A DNA stretch of 43,120 bases from Ministeria vibrans ATCC 50519 (Eukaryota > Protista > Filasterea). Where the stretch lies: contig CALSCP010000086.1 in NCBI GenBank assembly GCA_943704425.1, positions 1-43,120 of the forward strand, written 5' to 3'. The notes beneath the pieces are model-generated. The model was not told where the DNA came from and searched no databases. It was given only the letters and a program-made list of their open reading frames with translations. Shown one piece after another: positions 33,881 through 43,120 of this stretch (positions are counted from its first letter, which is position 1; the number at the start of each line of letters is the position of its first letter). The translations under genes were made by a program, and so were the position numbers.

Positions 33881-35623
33881 ACTTGCCGCTGCGGAAGCTG
33901 CTGCTGCCGCGACTGTAAGGAGAGCTGAAGAGGAGCGTGAGCAGCGTGTACAGCAGGAGGAGCTCACGTCGAAGCTTATGCGCGAGTGGACAGGCGAAGA
34001 ACGCGATGGTGACTTGGACGCAGACAGCACGTCTCCCGACAATGTTCTCATCCCCATTGACGATTCCCGCTCGAGCACCACCACCACTCCTGCGACGATC
34101 GCGTCGCCCCCAATTACAGCCCGTGGATCTGCAAGGGACGACACGACTCTCTCTGCGCCTCTTGTCGACATGTCCGATGGTGACGATGCTGCGAGCAAGT
34201 CAAGTTCTCCTCACTCGGGTGTTGCTGTTGCTGCTGTGCCCCGGCCGCCCGCCTTTATTGCCGTGCCCTTTGCTTTGTCTGAATTTGAGCCGGACGAGGA
34301 TCCATTTGATGCGGCGGAACGTCAAGTCATCGACGAAAAGGCTGAGCTTGAGTCGTTGCTCTCAGCGGCCGCGGCAAAGCTCGTCGCGGAAAACGATGTG
34401 GCGGAGAAGGGTGAAGAAGAAGAGGGACAGGGAGGGAAAGAGGATGGTGAAAGTGCAGAGGATACAGCTGCAGAGTTGTCGACATCGTCGACGTCATCAT
34501 CGAGCGGAGAGGCGAGTGAGACGCAAGCGAGCGAGACCGTAGAAGAAGGAGAGGCAGAGGAAGAAGGAGGAGAAGTGGAGACGGAGGAGATGCTGGTGTG
34601 TGTGGACACCAGTAATGATGATGTGACTGCGACAACGTCCAGTGGTGGAGTGCAGGTGGACGGAGATGGGAAAATTGACGAGGGGTTTGTGAAAAGTAAC
34701 GTAGAGTGCGCGACTAATGCGTCGCCGCTCGTCGCGGACACGCCACTCATTTCGATCGAACCCACCGTCGACACAGTCGCTACTCCGATCCATGACAGTA
34801 GTGGTGGTGGTGCTGCAGTGATCCATGACAGTAGTGGTGGTGCTGCTGCAGTGGAGCTACGCTCTCCACCTAGCTCTCCACCCGCTTACGCAGCGGATAA
34901 TGACCATCTTGCGCCCACAGGCACTGCCCGCTCGCCGTCCCCTTCCTCCCGCCACTCCTCCGTCTCCTATCCCTCCATCTTTGACTCCCCACTCTCATCC
35001 AAACCCCCCAAAGCAGCGCCGCCGACAACGACACGGCCGCCAGCGGCGACCACGGCAGTGGAAACCGATGTACTTTCATCCGAATCGACTCGCGAGCACA
35101 ATCCCACCGTGGAAGGGTTTGTATCAATGGGGTTCCCTCGTGCGTCCGTCAAGGCCGCACTCAGTGCAGTCCAATCAGGAAACGATCAAGAGGTTCTTAT
35201 ATAAAAAGAAAGAACGAGCTGTTCTCACTCACGCACTATTTTTTGTCAAGGTTCTTGATTACATTATTGTTTTCAACGAATGCACTGAGGAGCATCATTT
35301 TGACGCGACGGCCGTGAGTGCCGCCATAGCACTATGTGGGACCGACTTGACGCTCCTCAGAGCCCATCTGACTGCCTACACGCGACTTGTCGAGTTTGGC
35401 TTCTCACCTGGTACGACTAACAGAGGGATATATATATATATATTTAGAGAGAGGAAGAAAGAAAGAAAAAAAAACAAAGTGATAGAAACAAAGTGATGGA
35501 GTGGGAAGAGAATTGTGTGAGTAATATGTTCTGCATGTAGAGCGAGTCCATCGTGCAGTGTGCGATGCAAAGAGTGATAGTGATGCTGCACTCGAGCAGC
35601 TTCTGCAACAGCAGGACGAATAG
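33881..35623 (+). CDS. UBAP1: UBAP1-like ESCRT-I subunit (5'-incomplete; N-terminal UMA domain absent from the window)
   Basis: Exons 33881-35192, 35251-35410 and 35541-35623. Motif FALSEFEPDEDPFDAAERQVIDEKAELESLL resembles UBAP1 [31 protein letters not shown] (recalled). C-terminal overlapping UBAs (SOUBA): FVSMGFPR...VLDYII...FDATAV..A...LVEFGFSPERV..A......DAALEQLL. Confidence 0.85.
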
Positions 35624-36084
35624 ACAACTGTTTGCTCTTTTCCGTGTGTACATACGTCAATGTGAATGTAAACAACAGCATAATTATTATTATATTTTTA
35701 TCATCTGCGATGGGAGGTGTTTTGAGGCGGACGATGAATTAGGGCAAGGAGGACGACGGAGAGAAGAAGGAGCGGAATATAAGAAGGAGGATGAGGAGGG
35801 ACGTTTGTGATGGCAACGAGATGTTGTTGCTGCTGCTGCTGCTCCCACTACTGCTCGCTCGGTGCGGTTCAGCTCAATCTCCTCATGCAATATTGATTAA
35901 TAATAATAATAAAAATAATAATGTTATAATAATTAATTATAATATTAATATTTTTATTATTATTATTATTCTTATTATTATATGTGGGAGTGCATGCGTG
36001 TCTTTGTAGTGGTGTGTGTGTGTGTGTGTGTGTGCGTGTGTGTGTGTGTGTGTTTATATGTGTATTCTCTCTCTCTCTCTCCTT

Positions 36085-36124
36085 CTTTTTGAGTAAACTT
36101 TTCGACTTCATTTATTCCTATTAT
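36085..36124 (-). repeat. Inverted copy of the 40-bp dispersed element
   Basis: Exact reverse complement of 20708-20747, and adjacent to a (CT)n/(GA)n run like copy 1. Confidence 0.9.
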
Positions 36125-36155
36125 TAATTATTTATTATTGTAACATTAATTTTAG

Positions 36156-37647
<1,492 letters not shown>

Positions 37648-37909
37648 CGACCATGTATTATACTGTTTGTTTTTGTAACAATATTTCGCCAAATATCTTA
37701 TGCCAAGTGGCCCATTACTCGAGTTTTCCATTCTTATCGTCGGGGAAAGCCTTCTATAGCGCTACTCTACTCAAACCTTCCTTCACAGCCTCGCACCCTT
37801 TACCGATCGTGTTTGACTAACAAGGATCAAAATGACTAAATTTACATCAATTATTTTTGATTGACACAATCTCCCCCATCGACATCATCTGCGGAAGTGT
37901 TTTAGGGAC

Positions 37910-40900
37910 ATGTCGAGTGGTGGGGAGGTCACTAGTGTGCGCGTCGCTCTGAGGTATGTGAAGTTTCAACTGTGAAATATCTCCAAAATAACCTTTAAGA
38001 AACTGTTCCTCTCTCGACCTCCACTTCCTCTCTCTGTCTCTCTCTCTCTCCTCCTTCTCCTCCTTCTCCTGCCTCTCTGGCGCCGCCCCGCCTCTCCCCA
38101 TTCGCCCCCTCTCCCCCCTCCCCCCCTCCCATCCACTTGGCGATGGGTCTATCCGTCGACAACCCTTCACATCTCTCAAACTTGTCACTTCTTCTTCTTT
38201 TTTTTTTTTTTCATCGTCTTTTGTGACTCCTTTCACTCCTTAATTCACCTCTCCTCGTTGCACGGCGCGTGTTCCGCTCTGTCCTCGACGCAGAGTGCGT
38301 CCTCAGAGTGCCGCTGAGAAGATTGCACAGTGTCGCGAGTGCGTGGCGCGCGTCGACCACGAACCACAGATCGTGCTGGGCAAAGATCGGTGCTTCACGT
38401 ACGACTATGTCTTCGATACGGCGACGCAGCAGCGCACCGTGTACGGCGACTGCGTGGCCGACCTTGTCCGGGGGTGCTTTGACGGCAAGAACGCAACGGT
38501 GCTTGCGTACGGCCAGACGGGCTCGGGCAAGACGTACACCATGGGCACGGGCTTTGACGAGTCGCTGGCGGACGACAAGCAGGGCGTTGTGCCGCGCGCC
38601 GTCGAGGAGATGTTCGCCCTCATCAAGAGGAAGCGTGCAGACGCCGACGTTGCTGGCTTGCCCGCCCCGCAATTCTCTGTCGAGGCATCCTTCATCGAGT
38701 TGTACAACGAAGAACTCAAGGATTTGCTGTCGCCCGCCGTGCCAGGTGCCAATAACGGTCGCCCGGCCATCGCGATCCGCGAAGACCGCACCGAGGGCAT
38801 GTACATTGCGGGACTCGCCACGGAGCGTATAACCAGCAAGGAGGACATGCTCGCGTGTCTCCATCGAGGCTCAGAGTCGCGCACGACGCACAGCACAAGC
38901 ATGAATGCACAGTCGTCTCGCTCACACGCCATCTTCACCGTTCACCTTTCACAACGACGCCCCATTGCTTCGACCGTCGCATCTACCACCTCAACAACAA
39001 TAACAACAACAGCGAACGAGGGGAATCCCAGTGGGACCGAGAGCAACGGTGGCGACGGCGGGTGTGCGTGGGAGAACCTCAAGGCCAAGTTTCACTTTGT
39101 CGACTTGGCCGGCTCGGAGCGACTCAAGCGCACCAAGGCAGAGGGTGCGCGTGCACGCGAAGGCATCTCCATCAATGTGGGACTACTTGCGCTTGGCAAC
39201 GTCATCAGTGCGCTAGGTGACACGTCCAAGAAGGCACTTCATGTCCCGTACCGTGACAGCAAGCTCACACGACTGCTGCAAGACTCTCTTGGAGGCAACA
39301 GTCGCACGCTTATGATTGCGTGTATCAGTCCGAGCGATAGCGACTTTGTTGAGACACTGAGCACGCTCAAGTATGCGAACCGTGCACGCAATATCAAGAA
39401 CAAGGTGGTGGTCAATCAGGATAGCAACGCGCTTGAGATTGCACAGTTGCGTCGCGAAATTCAGTCGCTCAAGCTTGAAGTGATGGAGTACAAGACGGGC
39501 ATGAGGGCACCGGGCCAGGCGAGTGCCGACGACGAGCTCTTGCGTGACGACATGCGCGCTGAAAATGCCATGCTCGCTGCTGACGTGGCGCGGCTCAAGA
39601 CACAGGTGACCTGGCTCAATGAGAAGCTCAAGGAGTCGCGTGCGCGCATTGTGTCGCTTGAGACGGCCGGTCAGGCCGAACGGTTTGCGAGTGTAAGTGC
39701 AGGTGTGAGTGTGGGTGCCGGCGATGCGACCGCCGTGGGCATGATTGAGTCGTACGTGAACACCATTGAGACGCTGCGTGCTCAACTGGCCGATGTGGGC
39801 GCACCAGCAGGCACCTTTGCGTCTTCGTCGCCGCTCGCAGTGCCTTCGTCGCCATCCTCTGCCGCCTCGTTATCCAAGGCGGCACGCAGACGACAAAAGC
39901 GACAAAACCAGAAGCAGAAATTGAAGCAGCTCAAGATGCAGGAGGACGAGGATAGGACGGTCGCAGCAGTCGTAGGGGGAAGTGCTGCAGAATCATCGAC
40001 AACTACCACTACAACGACGACGGATGCACATGGTGTGAGCGAAGATACGTTTTCGAAGAAGAAGAAGAAGAAGAAGACGGAGATCAAGAAGAACAAGAGC
40101 ACGGAGGGAGCTGAGGAAGGCATGACGAATGGTAGCATCGACAGAAACAGAGTGGGTAGTCAGGCTGACGATGAGATTGCTGAGACACACGGGGAGGACG
40201 ACGCAGAGGAGGAGGAGGAGGGTGAGGATGATGAGATGGTCGTGATGGACGCAACAGACGAAGATCGATTAAACAACGACGACGACGACGACGATGATGA
40301 TAATGATAATGAGGAGGAAGAGGAGGAGGATGATGATAATGATGATGATGATGATGATGATGATAATGATGATGATGATGACGGTGATTGTATGAGCACG
40401 GCTGATGAGGATCGTCTTGAGTCGCTGAATGCTGCGATTGAGATGCGCGAGACGCTGTTGCGTCAGATGGAGGTGTCACTGGAGACGACACAGCACCAGT
40501 TGTCGCTTGCTAAGAAGCAGTATCAAGACAAGTTGACGGTGCTGCAGGATACAATACGACATCGCGAAGAGGAGCGCAACAAGGTCATGGCGAACCTGGA
40601 GTCAGTTTCATCCGTGTCGGCAGAGGAGAAGGAACGCATGGAGCGCAAGTTCAAGGCCGAACTGACAAATCTACGGGGCGAGGTTGTTGAGTACAAAAAG
40701 TTGTCGAAGGAGCAGGCGCGCTGGGCACAGTTGCGTGAGCGCAATGAGCGCGAGATCAAGGCACTCCATGACGACTTGCAGGCGATGAAGCGTCAAAAGG
40801 TTCAGCTCATGACGCGCATCAAGGAGGACAGTAAGCGACAGCGCGACGAGAAACAGGCACTCAACAAGCAGATGAGTCGCATTCGCAAGGAGAAGCAGCA

Positions 40901-43041
40901 GGAGGAGACGCGTGCGAATCGGCTAGAGGCGACCGTGTCGCGTCGAGACACCGAGTTGAAGAAGAGCAAGGACGAGCGGGCGCTGCTCGAGCGTCAACTG
41001 CGTGACCTCAAGTCGTCCACGACGGCTGCTGCTGCCGCCGCCGCTGCGGTTGCCGCTTCGTCGAGCAGCGGTCTGCGTCCCGTTCCTGCTGTCGTTGAGC
41101 GTCTCACGCGTCGGAGCAAGAGCCGCGCCGCTGTGCCCAACTTGAGTTTGCCACCACCGGTATCGGGCGAGTCACTGCGTCGCATGAAGGGCAAGCGACA
41201 GCAGCTGGAGAAGGAAGTGCCACGACTGGCGTTGCGACGTGAGACGCAGGCGGAACTTGAGAAGCTGCACCAGACACGCGCACGACTAGTCAAGGCGCGC
41301 GATGCGCTGACTGCACGCATGTCGGAGGAGGGGCAGGAGGAAGGCTTGACGGTGAGCACGAGCGATACGGCCGCCAGTCGCGCTGCAGACGTGGAGGATC
41401 TTGAAGGGATTGTGGCCGAGCTGGACTATGTGGGCGATCGAATCCAGTCGATGCAAGCGGATCTACTAATGAGCGACGCCGACGACGGCAATGCGGTGGC
41501 AGCCATTATTCGAACGTGTTCCCGCGACGACGCTCGCTACCTACTCGACTCATTCTTCAACGTTGTCGTCGACATGGAACTAGCCCATCGCAAGCGGCAG
41601 TCGCGTGTCAAGGAGCTCGAAAAGAAACTCCGTGCTCGCGATGAAGTGCAATCGTCGTTGCGCCACTCCGCCTTGGGCGCACCCTCACTTGTGTCGTCGC
41701 TCGTGGCCGTTGCTGAACCGTCTCTTCTGCCCACCCCCTCGCCATCGTCGTCGCCACCATCAGCAGCAGCATCAGCGAACATGAGCGCTCCTTCTGCCGT
41801 TCCCGTGCTGCCCATTCTCGCGCAATCTCGTACAGCAGCGATCAAAACACCTGTGATGCACACTGATGGCCCCTCCGTATCATCTGTGTCGTCTTCGCCT
41901 CTTCAGGCAATGGCCCAGCCGAATCCGCAGCCCACTGACACTGTCGCGGCTCCATTTTCTCTTGCTCCCGCGGCCGCGTCTGATACTGTAGTGAGTCAGC
42001 GCGCCAGTCTTCCCTCAACTGGTCCACCTCGCACTGGCACTGCCGCAATGCTTGCGGCCTTTGCTGATCCTACCACTGCCACAGTCATACCGAGCACCAC
42101 AGCCGCAGCGACCACTTCGACAGCAGTGATGATGCCAACCGACTCGGACCATTCTGCTCCTACGACTCCCTCACAGCCACCACCGCTCGGCACACCTGTG
42201 ATGTCTGGTGAGGCTCAGGCGTTTCCTGAGGTTGCTCATCTCAAGGCTGGCTCGCGTCTGTCCACACCATCCACACAGCCGAATGCACCATCACTGCCGG
42301 TTGAGCAGCCGGCATCGCGTGCGCGCACTGTGAGTCGTGCCAAGGACTCCAAGGACGTATTTTTGCGACTGACCCCCGACAGTTCAGGAGCAATTAGCAC
42401 GCGGGGTTCATGGGACGCCACGTCGGCTGCTACACCGGCGACACAGACGACGACGACGACGACGTCGTCGTCGTCGTCTTCATCTGCAGCAGCGACGTCG
42501 TCCTCCTCACGCAATGGCTCAACAACAAGTGTGCACGCCAATGCAAATGGGAACCTTGTGTTGTCGCACACGGCGAGCGGACACGGCGCAGCGGTCAAGT
42601 GTGTCGCGGCGCTCGGCGGTGTGATGGTGAGTGGGTCGCAGGACGCAACAGTGAAAGTGTGGGATGTGCAGCAAGGCCGCGAGACGATGGTGTTGAGCCA
42701 CGGAGCGGATGTCCGCTCCGTGACCCTTGGTGCGCCCAATGTGCTCTACACTGCAAGTCAAACTGCAGTGCGCATGTGGGACTTGCGTACTGCCAGTGAC
42801 AGTGCCACGCGCATCCTCCAATTGGGCTCGTCAATGCAGGCGGGTGCCGTCTACGTCAACAGCGAGCGACCCGACCGTCTCTTTGTGGGCGCAGGCAAGG
42901 CACTCAAGGTTGTAGACACGCGGCAGATGTCGACCACACGCACCATCCAGCCGCACGCAAGCGACATTACCGCCATCTGTGCGTCGCGCGTCCATGACCA
43001 TGACTATGTCGTTTCGGGTAGTCGCGATCATACTGTCAGAG
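37910..43041 (+). CDS. KIF21: KIF21-like kinesin-4 (motor, coiled coil with acidic insert, C-terminal WD40); 3'-incomplete
   Basis: Exon 1 37910-37953 (MSSGGEVTSVRVALR) and exon 2 38294-43041, which is absent from the ORF track because its frame has no stop before the window end. Motifs EPQIVLGKDRCFTYDYVFD, AYGQTGSGKTYTMG, SSRSHAIF, DLAGSER, HVPYRDSKLTRLLQDSLGGNS. WD40 motifs SGHGAAVKCV...SGSQDATVKVWD and SGSRDHTVR. Donor gtaag at 43042. Confidence 0.93.
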
Positions 43042-43120
43042 GTAAGAAGGACCTTTTTTGCGGGTGTGTGTGTGTGTGTGTGTGTGTGTGGTTAAAGACA
43101 TCTCATGAAACTTTTTTTTT

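Overview
Eukaryotic, gene-dense window with short GT-AG introns (donors often gtacgc/gtaag) and microsatellite-filled introns. The gene content (classical receptor tyrosine kinase, IP3 receptor, KIF21, SLF1, UBAP1, ING) and compactness suggest a unicellular holozoan; this is inference. The dominant feature is a 14.3-kb single exon (551-14831, minus strand) encoding at least 4759 aa of a giant receptor tyrosine kinase. Its ectodomain is Reelin-type repeats (16 Asp-box subdomains, 5 Reelin-type EGFs), a receptor-L-like beta-helix, EGF/laminin-EGF/sushi modules and a ZU5-like domain. These are followed by one TM helix, a Tyr/Pro-rich docking linker and an intact tyrosine kinase. The Reelin units are atypical: about 540 aa long, each with a complete extra subrepeat nested inside subrepeat A. 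Other genes, in order: last exon of an LPCAT1/2-like gene, 5' half of an EXPERA protein, a MAGL-like alpha/beta hydrolase lacking its catalytic Ser, SLF1-like (BRCT+ANK), AUH, an unknown 5' fragment, 5' part of a BOR1/SLC4 transporter, an IP3R with a degenerate IP3-binding core and no channel domain in the window, 3' part of UBAP1, an ING PHD protein, and KIF21 (runs off the window end). Three junctions at long simple repeats (14893-14970, 23014-23043, 33690-33782) join halves of unrelated genes with incompatible splice phase or strand. The window is therefore probably a chimeric assembly, and adjacency across those points should not be trusted. All family assignments come from motif recognition by eye; no searches were run.
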